64,000 bases of DNA, taken from IMG/VR virus record IMGVR_UViG_3300029712_000001. One strand, given 5' to 3'. The notes below the pieces were generated by a model. That model was not told where the DNA came from. It ran no database searches and saw nothing but the letters and a program-made list of their open reading frames with translations. The position numbers were made by a program, and so were the translations under genes. The stretch is from a virus. Of this stretch, positions 36,898 through 46,439 are shown piece by piece. The stretch's first letter is position 1. Every line of letters starts with the position of its first letter.

Positions 36898-39156
36898 TTA
36901 CCTGCATTCTAATTTGTTAAGATCATCCAATTCAGACTTGCTTATGGTCATATCTTGCGTCAAGCCAGATCTGTTTTGGTATGGAGCGTAATCGGTTTCT
37001 ACTGTCTTAGCCTTCTGGGTAGAATCGTATTTCACCTCCGATTCGGTCCCTGTCAGATTTTGGTAGATAGAGCCGGAACTACTTTCGCTTACTTTAGACC
37101 ATATCTTATTACCTACTCTTATAAAATTATCATAAATACCTTCGGCTGTTATAACACCATCTTGCTCTACGATATTAGGGCCCGATTTTTCTTTTAACAG
37201 ATACGGGTGCCTGGTGTAAAAATAGTGTTCAAAATCATTCTCGGCATACGAAGGGTCATACCTATCCAAATAAAACAATTTTGATAAAAAAGGGTCGGTG
37301 CTGGTCATGCTATAATCAAACAACATCAACCTGTCTTTTCCAGATAAAGATAATTCTATTGATTTCAAAATATCAGGATCATCAGAAATAAGACCCAAAG
37401 ATGGACCAGATTTGAAGTCAAGATACTTATAGGCATTATCATATAATTTTGTTTTATGGAGTTTATTGTCAAGGTAATATTGGTATAAATCGAATAAGGA
37501 TAATGGGTTTTCGCTATCTTGTTTTTTGTTCATGTACCGACTAAATTCCCGATCCACATCCGCGTAAGAAACATCAAGTACCGCCGGGTGCCCAAACGCC
37601 ATCCTGGTCATTATCATGTCCTCCGTGTTCTGAGAATCCATGAACGATCTGACGTATTTTTTAATGGAATCCATGAGCGTATTATTATCTACGTTCCGTA
37701 CTTTCTCTTTATCCAAAACGCCGTTCTTAAAACAAGATTCAGGATATATTTTAGCAGGAAAGTGAGTTAGGTTGTGCTTGGCTAACACTGTTGATATTTG
37801 ATACATCTCGTTAAGATCATCTTTGCTGATCCTTTGATATAGATTATCTCCTACCTTAAGCAATGAATGTTTCTCAAATGCTTCTACTGGGTCTATATTT
37901 GATTCAGAATAAACGATATTCAAATTATCCATATACTCCGGCAATAATCCAAAATAATAGTCTGTACTATCACCAAGAACATCATCAATAGAAGATGCCA
38001 ACGTAGGAGCATAATTTACATCATTGTGCCAGGCCACATAAATATCAAGATCCAGCATCAAATTATCTATCTTATTCAAAGATTCTTCTGTGCCATCATA
38101 AGTTTCCGATGTCCCTATTATATCTATGCCAAACCACGTACAAGCCTCTTCTATATCCCATATCATGCTTCTTAAATCGGATTCGGTGTCGGCATTAACC
38201 CTATGTAAATAAGCTGATATACGAGCTCTTAGGAACTCTATTTTGCCAGGATTGTAATAAGACAGATCTTGTAGCTTAGACAAGGATCTTCTCTTGCCTT
38301 CTACCATATCATCCCCTTCTATGTTTATTACCGGAATCTTATTCGTAGATGAAAACTCATCAAACATAGATTCGGCAAATTCTTTATCAGAAACGAATTT
38401 CTCAACCAGTTCAGGGTATGAGTTTCTCAACGATTCAAAAGCAGATGAAAATTCAGAAAATTTTTTTATGCCGGCTACTGTTTTACGCATAGCATAATAA
38501 AGCTCAGAAGGATTATATGGTACTTTTTTACCAAATTGGTTAAACACTTCCTCCTTGTAAACAATAGGACCATACTGATAGTCAACAGACATAAAATAAT
38601 TATCTTTTTCCCTATCATGTTCGTTATTGGAATAATCCAATAACTTCCTCATGGATGTCGAAACTTCATTAAGAACAGAAGGATCAGATAAGATTCTACT
38701 TATCTCTGTTTCATTATACAAGCCTGATCTTCTTAAATTCTGCTCATTCAGTATCAAACTACCATCTACATAAAAATAATGAAGAATGATGTTGGATAAT
38801 GATGGTGCCGTATAAACACCATAGGTAGATAAAAGAAAATCTCTTACATCCTTAACATCCTGATCCGTTAGAGGATCGGCAAAATAAGTTTGACGCTTCA
38901 TATACGACAGCACGTCTTCTAAAAGAGGTTCACCATTGGAATCGGTATTAAACATCTCCCCTGGAGCCGGGTTATTCCAATGACCGTAATACGACAAAAA
39001 ACCAGGAGTGTAAGCCTTAGCCCATACCTGAAGGGCCCGCTCGCTGTTTCCTAATAATTTTAAGGCACTTTCGTAAAGAACGGAAGGCTCCCCGTTAGGA
39101 GCCTTAACCCGTTTTATTTCATTTTCCTTTTTTTCTATCTGACATTTGACACCCAT
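36898..39156 (-). CDS. large virion-associated protein
   Basis: 752-aa ORF whose N-terminal 60 aa are homologous to the N-terminus of the 2148-aa protein. Confidence 0.6.
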   Translation of the reverse strand: MGVKCQIEKKENEIKRVKAPNGEPSVLYESALKLLGNSERALQVWAKAYTPGFLSYYGHWNNPAPGEMFNTDSNGEPLLEDVLSYMKRQTYFADPLTDQDVKDVRDFLLSTYGVYTAPSLSNIILHYFYVDGSLILNEQNLRRSGLYNETEISRILSDPSVLNEVSTSMRKLLDYSNNEHDREKDNYFMSVDYQYGPIVYKEEVFNQFGKKVPYNPSELYYAMRKTVAGIKKFSEFSSAFESLRNSYPELVEKFVSDKEFAESMFDEFSSTNKIPVINIEGDDMVEGKRRSLSKLQDLSYYNPGKIEFLRARISAYLHRVNADTESDLRSMIWDIEEACTWFGIDIIGTSETYDGTEESLNKIDNLMLDLDIYVAWHNDVNYAPTLASSIDDVLGDSTDYYFGLLPEYMDNLNIVYSESNIDPVEAFEKHSLLKVGDNLYQRISKDDLNEMYQISTVLAKHNLTHFPAKIYPESCFKNGVLDKEKVRNVDNNTLMDSIKKYVRSFMDSQNTEDMIMTRMAFGHPAVLDVSYADVDREFSRYMNKKQDSENPLSLFDLYQYYLDNKLHKTKLYDNAYKYLDFKSGPSLGLISDDPDILKSIELSLSGKDRLMLFDYSMTSTDPFLSKLFYLDRYDPSYAENDFEHYFYTRHPYLLKEKSGPNIVEQDGVITAEGIYDNFIRVGNKIWSKVSESSSGSIYQNLTGTESEVKYDSTQKAKTVETDYAPYQNRSGLTQDMTISKSELDDLNKLECR

Positions 39157-39173
39157 TGTAATTAACTTTTTTG

Positions 39174-39181
39174 CAAAGTTA
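39174..39181 (-). promoter_or_regulatory. Bacteroidota-type -7 box (TAACTTTG)
   Basis: TAnnTTTG match 18 nt upstream of the ATG at 39156. Confidence 0.4.
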
Positions 39182-39182
39182 A

Positions 39183-39677
39183 TTACAAAACCGACTTATA
39201 CAATGACGGATCCCAAATTCCTTCTATATAAATCTCCGGAAAACTCAAACTGCCATCACGAAGAGTGGTGACTTCCAAGCTGGGAATGTTGAAAACAGTA
39301 CTGGTATCACCAAACTCACCATTCAACTTGATAGCATTTCCGCTGTTATTAGCCTCATAATAAAAATAACAATAATTTTCATTAATACTTGGATCATATT
39401 CGTACCAATATGTTAGATCTTGTATATGATCTTCTATGTTACCAATTTTGTTTTCACCTAATATAAAAATACCATTATTGCTATGATTATAAACCATAGA
39501 TTCATAACCACCATAATTCCAATTACTATTAAACATTATGTAACTAACATCAGAATCATGATCTTTTAATACAGGTCCTATATGTATATGAATTTTATTA
39601 AACTGACATACATAAGGTCTTTTTCCTCCAAGCCTTTTTATATCTTCATTGGATAACTTATTATAACATCCTCCCAC
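39183..39677 (-). CDS. hypothetical protein
   Basis: 164-aa ORF, Asn/Tyr-rich beta-type sequence. Confidence 0.55.
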   Translation of the reverse strand: MGGCYNKLSNEDIKRLGGKRPYVCQFNKIHIHIGPVLKDHDSDVSYIMFNSNWNYGGYESMVYNHSNNGIFILGENKIGNIEDHIQDLTYWYEYDPSINENYCYFYYEANNSGNAIKLNGEFGDTSTVFNIPSLEVTTLRDGSLSFPEIYIEGIWDPSLYKSVL

Positions 39678-39716
39678 GAAATTATCCGCAGCATTAAAAA
39701 AATCTCCTTCTCATAC

Positions 39717-42700
39717 TCAACACTCCTTATTTAACTCATTTATCGAATCCGAATTATCAGAACCTTCTACGAGATTCTTATTCCTATCTATCTCTTCCTG
39801 GCTCATATTACTCATCATATTTTGTATTTTTCTACCAGATTGAGATAAAGAGCGGATGAATGCACTGGAACTTATCTTAACTCCAAGATCCGGTTTTGCC
39901 CTAAACGCTTCACCGGTACTGATATTATACAAATCATACACACCTGAGTTCATATAGAATTTATATATCCAGTTTCCACCAGCTTTTTTGTACCCTAATT
40001 TGGTTAACTCGACTACACTCATACCAAATTTAATGCCATTACGACCCATTATCTTCTCCGGTATAGGTTCTACCTTAGCCGGAACAGATGTATATGCTTC
40101 ATCACCGCCGTACAGGAAATAAGGGGTTGTCACCCTTGATATGTGAGTAAGCGGTTCTTCGGATATACGAGGCTCGTCTTTCGCAGCCTTATATTCTTCC
40201 CTTGGATTGGATATCCTAATAAAAGGATCGTATGTCAAAAAGGTTAAGCCGTATTCTACTTTATAACCTGATACGCCGTTAAGATCCCTTATAGCCTTAG
40301 TCGTATGCGAGTGATTGATGGTGTCTATACCATACCTTGATTCCATATCGGTCATAATACTATTAACCTCATCTCCCTCTACATAAACCTCTTCTCCTTC
40401 CGGGATAGAGGTTATGCCGGCAGCCCTTCTAAGTAGCCATAAAGTGACTTCAGCAATGTCAGAGAACTTATCTCCGTTCTTCCTATAGTTATCTACTCTT
40501 CCTTCTTCATATCCAGGTAATTCGATATTTCCTTTAACTTCGACATTTGTTCTGGATTGTCCTTTGCCTTCTCCATCTCCCTTTTTATCGCCATCTTCCT
40601 CAGTGCGTACTGCACCGCCTTCTGCACTTCCTTCTTTTCCATCATTTAAAATATTATCTGATTCTGACTCTATAGACTCCACGACAGCATCATACTCTGG
40701 TATGCCGCTAAGGAAATCTGCTACGTTATTCAAAAACTCTATTTTTTCCTCGTTTGTCATATCAAGGCTTTCCACGGGCTCCCATATGGCAGGCAAGTTG
40801 TTTGATTTTATTGCAGTAGAAACATCTTCTATAGTTTGGTTGTCCACCGTAGGCAAAACTTTAGAAACCAAACTATTGATATCAGATTCCATTTTTTCTA
40901 CTTCCTCTTTTGTGCCATATTCTTTTAGGGTATCCATGCCATTGACTCTAAGAGAATAATTCAAAGCCTTGCTTGGAACAAAATTAATATATTTCAAAAA
41001 GTTTTTCAACTCTGATATAATTTGTTCGTCAGATCTTGGCCCAACATAATCAACCACCACCTGATCTGTTTGAGAACGAAGCCAAGAAACGTATTCTTCT
41101 AAGATCTTACCACCTTTACTGGAAGGAGTGGATATTTTATCACCTACTGTTCCTTTAGGTTCTAATCCCATTTCTTCCTTAAGGCTTTTAGGATTACCTC
41201 TCTCACGAAGAAACCTCAAATCACCTCCTACAATCTTCCTTGCTATAAAATCAAAAATATTAGCATAAGACGGCAATCCTTCTTTTTCTATATGAGATTC
41301 TATTTCGTTTAACATAAGAGAGAAGTTTTTCCTGGAGGTACGCTTCTTGCCAGGTAAAGACTGCGTAGCTTGTGCCGCAGGAGCCGGCTGAGCTAATGGC
41401 GCCGGCTGAGTCTCCCGGGCAGCCCCTTCCTCTGGCATTTCCTCTTCATAAACTTCCACATCTTCTACCTTAGAAGTAACGGTCTTACCCTCATCAGAGA
41501 AAGGAAGATCATCCTCTATAAGCGATTTAGGTCTGGAAGATGATTTGCCAAACTGAATCCTGATCTTAGGAGCGACAAACATCTCACCTTCGAAATCTAT
41601 TCCAGATTCTACTTCAGACGTCACAATGTCTTTCACATTCCTGCTTTCATCTTCTACCCACTTAACAACATCAGGAACCGTAGATAATTTTTCTATAGCC
41701 TCACGAGCTTTTCTAAGCCCTGAAATAGGATTCAAATACGATACTTGATACGAAGCCGGATCAAGACCTAACTTGGTTAGATACGCATTAAGATCTTGTA
41801 TGTCATCTTGACCCATCTGTAGCAATTCAGAATCACCAGATTCAAGCAGCATATCTATAAAAGACATCCATTTCTGCCCTTCCTCTGATTCTACAGAACG
41901 TAGGCTAACTGGGAAAAGATAATTAAGACCGTTTTTACCTTTGATGACGACTACCGGAACTCTTACATTTTTGTAATTATTCCCCTTGTCATTTAATATA
42001 GAATAAGCAAATGGGAAGCCTGTGTATTTAGATCCGTTCTTAAGCACGACTTTGCCATTTAATACATATCCAACATCAGATACTTTTTCAGCACCTTTTT
42101 CGGTAATAGGGAGATTTTCTATCTGGCCATATCCTTGACCGTTCACCTTCATGTTAAACACCGGTCTTCCGGGAAGGGTCTGGGCAACAACATGCGTGCC
42201 GACGCCGATGGTAGCCGACCGGCCGGCGTCCTTCTTCCACTTGTTAAAAGCCGTTCTTCTTATTTTACTTATACCATCTATGCCTCCTGTATCAGCTTTT
42301 ACAACAGAAACGAATCTGTTCCCACTCATGACCTTGATAACCATATTGGACACCAGTTTATTCTCAGCAGATTCTATTCTTTTTTTATCGCCGGACTGAA
42401 CAGCATCATTGTATTCGGCAAAAAGAGACTGATTATAAGTATCATTTACATCTATTTCGAGATTAACCTTATCTCCTTTTTTCAAAGAAGATAATGCTTC
42501 CTGATCTATTTTATCTACCTCATTCTCTCCGAATCCGACACCCGTTCTGTACGGAACCAATTCATCTGAATCAAGACGCTTATAAACCAAAGAATAGGAA
42601 TTACCCACGTCCTGAATAGACACGTCTGTGTAACGGTTAAGAACACGAGCCGATTCTTTGTCTATAGACCATCTCGCATGATAAGGCAGTTCAATTATAG

Positions 42701-45700
42701 TAGCCGTTTCTCCACCTATGTTAAGAGAATACCTTTTAGTACCATTAGCGTTCGTTTCAGAGCTTATTTGAATAGGAACCAATGATTTTATAGAAGATAT
42801 AAATTTATCGGCTCTAAGACCCGCAATTTCATACCTTTCGTTGCCATCGTTGGATATTCTTCTAACCATCAACGTCTCTGGATTTTGGGCACTATCTATG
42901 TTAGCTCCAGGCGTATTATCGGATTCATCTAACTCATTTACAAGAGAATCTATATTGATATCATCCTCCCCAAAATTACTTAACGTAGATTCGGAAATAC
43001 GACCTTTATCAATAATCCTGTTTTGTTCGATATAAGGAAGGAGATCTGTGATGTTTCCAACCTGGCCAAGATCTTCTATGGTAAATACAGAATCGGCAAG
43101 CTTATCTTCGTCAACCTTCTCCCCTTTATCCCGTCTGTTCATTATATCAACATACGAAGAAATAGCATCATCAAGTTCCTTCCTTTGATCTGGTTCCAAA
43201 TTGGATTTAGCCATATCAATAATAGCTTTATTATCCTCATACACAGATCGATGTTCAGTAAGTCTCCTAACTTTATCTGATAAATCTTTTATCATCTTAG
43301 CCGGACTATCACCAAGATTTGATATATAATCATCAATATCCTGTTTATACTTTTCATATATCTCCTTCTCCCTTGGAGATAAAAGATCTTGATTACCTGT
43401 ATATATCTTATCTACGATACGTTCTTTAACCTCTATAGGTGCAGACAAAAGATCTTCCATTGCCGACTCATAATCAAAATCAGACAATATATCTTCTTTC
43501 GGCTTCTGAGTTATACCATCGTTTAGATGACCAAATACTTTCATGGTAAATGCTTCATCTGAATTTATTTCTCCATTATTCAGAAGCTCATCTATTTTTT
43601 CATCCAAACTGATATTATTACCCTCTGTCTGGTAAAAACGATCACTTTCTATAGATTTAGTATTAGAAGATACCATATCATTTAAGAACTTAGAAAATAA
43701 AGAAAAATCATGTCTCATGAATTTCTTATCCTGTATGGAGTTCATAAATGACCGTAAAACCTTATATTGGGTAATGGCTTTCTGGTATTTCACCACCATA
43801 TTTCTTAAATCCTCTGCTTCTTTCTTCCCTTTATTATTCTCAATATAAGTACTTAAAGAAGCTACAGAGTCATAAGCTTTCAATATATCTTCAGCAGTTA
43901 TTGTTTCGGATTTAAACAACTCAAGAGCTAATACTTCAGGATTAAAAGAATAAAATACTTCTTTATAACTACTAAGAAGATCTTCTGACAACCTTCTATA
44001 TTCCTTATTAAGATTATCGTATTTAATAGTTTTTTGTTTTATAGCCTCTGCTTCGGTATCATTGCCATCCTCTACTCTTCTCGGAGTTGTAGCCAACCTC
44101 TCTATTTCAGCATTCAGATCATTGATCTCATTACGCAATTCCCTTAACTGATTAACTGTATCAAAAGCTTGACTTGATAATGAATAAAACGTATTTATAT
44201 CATCAAACAAATTATTGTCATTTACATAAACAGCAATATCATTTGATGCTTCCATTGCTATATCTTCTGCATCCAACCCCTTAAACACAGCATTAGCAAC
44301 ATTAGATCGATAAAGATCAGATGAAGTCTCAGCAGTAATAGCCTCAGCAAAAGAAGAAGCTTTTTTATAATTGGCTAACTTCTTATCAAAATCTTTTATA
44401 ATATCTTCCTTGTATTTTTTAACAGTTTCTTCATCTACTTTCATTTCAGAAGCCAACTCATTTTCGTCAAGGCTTTTAACCATTGACCTGAAATTGTTAG
44501 CCGTATCCTCTAACATTCCCATTCTGTCAGATAATTCAAATTTAGAATAATAATCTGATTCAGGATCATTCATTTGGGCATTAAATTCGGCTAAATTTCG
44601 CATAGAGTCTTTTACGGATTGAGAAGTAAAAGCATTATTACTATTAAATTCCTCAACATCAGTATTAATAGTACGCTCTTTATTTCTCCTTTCATATAAA
44701 CCAAAAGCACCATTTCTGGCTCCAAATAAACCACCAATCAGGGCTCCTATGCCAATCTCTTTCAATCCTTCTTTGGTTGTAAATTGTTCAGCTATGGCCT
44801 TAGAAAAAGAATCAACTATAGAAGACGTAGCATCAAGATACGTCTTATCATATCTTGATCTAATAAAATCTTCTCCCATGCGCTGAGCAACACCTTGCAT
44901 GCCTTCCTCCCATACACCTTCAGATATGGGTCTTTTAGATACATTCCAAATAGTAGCTAAGGATTTCTGAAATAAATTTGCTTTTACCGTCTGTAATCTT
45001 CCAGCATCACCCGCTACCTTCTTAGTCCCTAATCCAAACAAATAGCGATCTACAAAACTCTTTGATCCCCTATATGTGTTTGATACACCCTTTAATCCAG
45101 GTATGTATTTAGAAGCAAAACCAGTGTCTACTCCAAGATATTTTCCCAGAAGAAGATAATTGGATAATCCAACTATACCCATATTAGCTAAAAATATGCT
45201 GTTTGCCGTATCGGAAATAGAACTCTTAAATTCAGCCATCTCAGACTGATTAGGATTCCGACCATACATATTTTTAAAATATTCCTTGTATTTACTTTCA
45301 GAGTCTTTCATAAAGGACTGAGCCTCCACGGCAGACTCCCAGCCGGCGCCCACAAACGTATTTACTCCTACCTTGGCCATATTGCCTATGGCCCTGCCGT
45401 ACATCGCTCCTGCCCTATACGCTCCAAAAGCAGATTTTACAGCACTTGCCGCAATCTTAGACGCCGCCATCTTTCCGGCCACCCTCATCCCTACTTTAGC
45501 ACCAACAGCTCCAAGACTTGACACACCCATCCCACCTGTAAGGTAGGCAGACAAAATAGCTCCTGTCGTAAACGATAGACCATTTCCAATAACATCATTA
45601 AAAATAAAATTTGCAGTTCCAAGACTCTGCAAAAATCCCATATCACGTTCTTCTCTTGTATAATAATGAGGAAGAGAGTGGTTTATTCTTTCATCTATAT

Positions 45701-46436
45701 CATTTATGGTTCGTGTAAAATCATTGTCAAATGCAGAAGATAACGTACCAGTCTTTATAAGATTATACGCAGCCGGGATAATACCTACTACTCCTGATAC
45801 ACCATATAATGCTGTTTTTGTGACAAGCTTCCCTATGCCATTAACAGCCTTATTCCAAGTAGTTTGACTTCTTCCGTAATAATCTTCATTATCCCTTCCT
45901 GGCATATAACTTTTAAACTTTGCAAGACCGATGTTCCCATCGGATAAAAAGTCATATGCTTCATCTAACTTAATAGTTCTTCCTTTACCAAATACACCAA
46001 AATCAGCAGCAGATGACTGTTGATTACCAGCTATAACCTCACCATAAGACGTTTGTTTACCAGAATAAGTATTCCTTGATTTATCTTGAATAGATTTTAT
46101 CATGGAATTTAACTTATTATAAGACTCCTCTTTCTTCTTTCTTGGATCATCTCCACCATTCAGAGCCGATTTTAGTCCAGAAAAAGATGTGTCTACATCA
46201 AAAGAAGTATCTATTCCGCTAATATCATATCCTTTTTCTGAATCATCATCAGGATTTATGGCTGATACCGGGGGAGTATATGAACCTACTTTCATCCTCT
46301 CCATCTCTCTTTTTGCTCCCTCAATAAGAGAAGATTCTTCTTCATATCGCGTAGGAACTCCGGCATTATACCCTCTCAATCCAGTAGATGGTAAGAAACC
46401 TGATTTCTCTACCAATGTCTGTTCCTTATTTTCCAT
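39717..46436 (-). CDS. giant virion-associated protein (putative ejection/membrane-interacting protein)
   Basis: Uninterrupted 2239-aa ORF. The N-terminal third contains long Gly/Ala-rich hydrophobic stretches (GVSGVVGIIPAAY, GGMGVSSLGAVGAKVGMRVAGKMAASKIAASAV, VGVNTFVGAGW) like tape-measure or ejection proteins; the rest is long helical, acidic regions. Confidence 0.6.
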   Translation of the reverse strand: MENKEQTLVEKSGFLPSTGLRGYNAGVPTRYEEESSLIEGAKREMERMKVGSYTPPVSAINPDDDSEKGYDISGIDTSFDVDTSFSGLKSALNGGDDPRKKKEESYNKLNSMIKSIQDKSRNTYSGKQTSYGEVIAGNQQSSAADFGVFGKGRTIKLDEAYDFLSDGNIGLAKFKSYMPGRDNEDYYGRSQTTWNKAVNGIGKLVTKTALYGVSGVVGIIPAAYNLIKTGTLSSAFDNDFTRTINDIDERINHSLPHYYTREERDMGFLQSLGTANFIFNDVIGNGLSFTTGAILSAYLTGGMGVSSLGAVGAKVGMRVAGKMAASKIAASAVKSAFGAYRAGAMYGRAIGNMAKVGVNTFVGAGWESAVEAQSFMKDSESKYKEYFKNMYGRNPNQSEMAEFKSSISDTANSIFLANMGIVGLSNYLLLGKYLGVDTGFASKYIPGLKGVSNTYRGSKSFVDRYLFGLGTKKVAGDAGRLQTVKANLFQKSLATIWNVSKRPISEGVWEEGMQGVAQRMGEDFIRSRYDKTYLDATSSIVDSFSKAIAEQFTTKEGLKEIGIGALIGGLFGARNGAFGLYERRNKERTINTDVEEFNSNNAFTSQSVKDSMRNLAEFNAQMNDPESDYYSKFELSDRMGMLEDTANNFRSMVKSLDENELASEMKVDEETVKKYKEDIIKDFDKKLANYKKASSFAEAITAETSSDLYRSNVANAVFKGLDAEDIAMEASNDIAVYVNDNNLFDDINTFYSLSSQAFDTVNQLRELRNEINDLNAEIERLATTPRRVEDGNDTEAEAIKQKTIKYDNLNKEYRRLSEDLLSSYKEVFYSFNPEVLALELFKSETITAEDILKAYDSVASLSTYIENNKGKKEAEDLRNMVVKYQKAITQYKVLRSFMNSIQDKKFMRHDFSLFSKFLNDMVSSNTKSIESDRFYQTEGNNISLDEKIDELLNNGEINSDEAFTMKVFGHLNDGITQKPKEDILSDFDYESAMEDLLSAPIEVKERIVDKIYTGNQDLLSPREKEIYEKYKQDIDDYISNLGDSPAKMIKDLSDKVRRLTEHRSVYEDNKAIIDMAKSNLEPDQRKELDDAISSYVDIMNRRDKGEKVDEDKLADSVFTIEDLGQVGNITDLLPYIEQNRIIDKGRISESTLSNFGEDDINIDSLVNELDESDNTPGANIDSAQNPETLMVRRISNDGNERYEIAGLRADKFISSIKSLVPIQISSETNANGTKRYSLNIGGETATIIELPYHARWSIDKESARVLNRYTDVSIQDVGNSYSLVYKRLDSDELVPYRTGVGFGENEVDKIDQEALSSLKKGDKVNLEIDVNDTYNQSLFAEYNDAVQSGDKKRIESAENKLVSNMVIKVMSGNRFVSVVKADTGGIDGISKIRRTAFNKWKKDAGRSATIGVGTHVVAQTLPGRPVFNMKVNGQGYGQIENLPITEKGAEKVSDVGYVLNGKVVLKNGSKYTGFPFAYSILNDKGNNYKNVRVPVVVIKGKNGLNYLFPVSLRSVESEEGQKWMSFIDMLLESGDSELLQMGQDDIQDLNAYLTKLGLDPASYQVSYLNPISGLRKAREAIEKLSTVPDVVKWVEDESRNVKDIVTSEVESGIDFEGEMFVAPKIRIQFGKSSSRPKSLIEDDLPFSDEGKTVTSKVEDVEVYEEEMPEEGAARETQPAPLAQPAPAAQATQSLPGKKRTSRKNFSLMLNEIESHIEKEGLPSYANIFDFIARKIVGGDLRFLRERGNPKSLKEEMGLEPKGTVGDKISTPSSKGGKILEEYVSWLRSQTDQVVVDYVGPRSDEQIISELKNFLKYINFVPSKALNYSLRVNGMDTLKEYGTKEEVEKMESDINSLVSKVLPTVDNQTIEDVSTAIKSNNLPAIWEPVESLDMTNEEKIEFLNNVADFLSGIPEYDAVVESIESESDNILNDGKEGSAEGGAVRTEEDGDKKGDGEGKGQSRTNVEVKGNIELPGYEEGRVDNYRKNGDKFSDIAEVTLWLLRRAAGITSIPEGEEVYVEGDEVNSIMTDMESRYGIDTINHSHTTKAIRDLNGVSGYKVEYGLTFLTYDPFIRISNPREEYKAAKDEPRISEEPLTHISRVTTPYFLYGGDEAYTSVPAKVEPIPEKIMGRNGIKFGMSVVELTKLGYKKAGGNWIYKFYMNSGVYDLYNISTGEAFRAKPDLGVKISSSAFIRSLSQSGRKIQNMMSNMSQEEIDRNKNLVEGSDNSDSINELNKEC

Positions 46437-46439
46437 ATA

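Noticed and set aside
21528-46436. Calling one of the giant ORFs a crAss-like virion RNA polymerase.
   Set aside because: No DxDxD / DxDGD-type catalytic motif or other RNAP signature could be found by eye in the 2148- or 2239-aa products. Size and context alone are insufficient.
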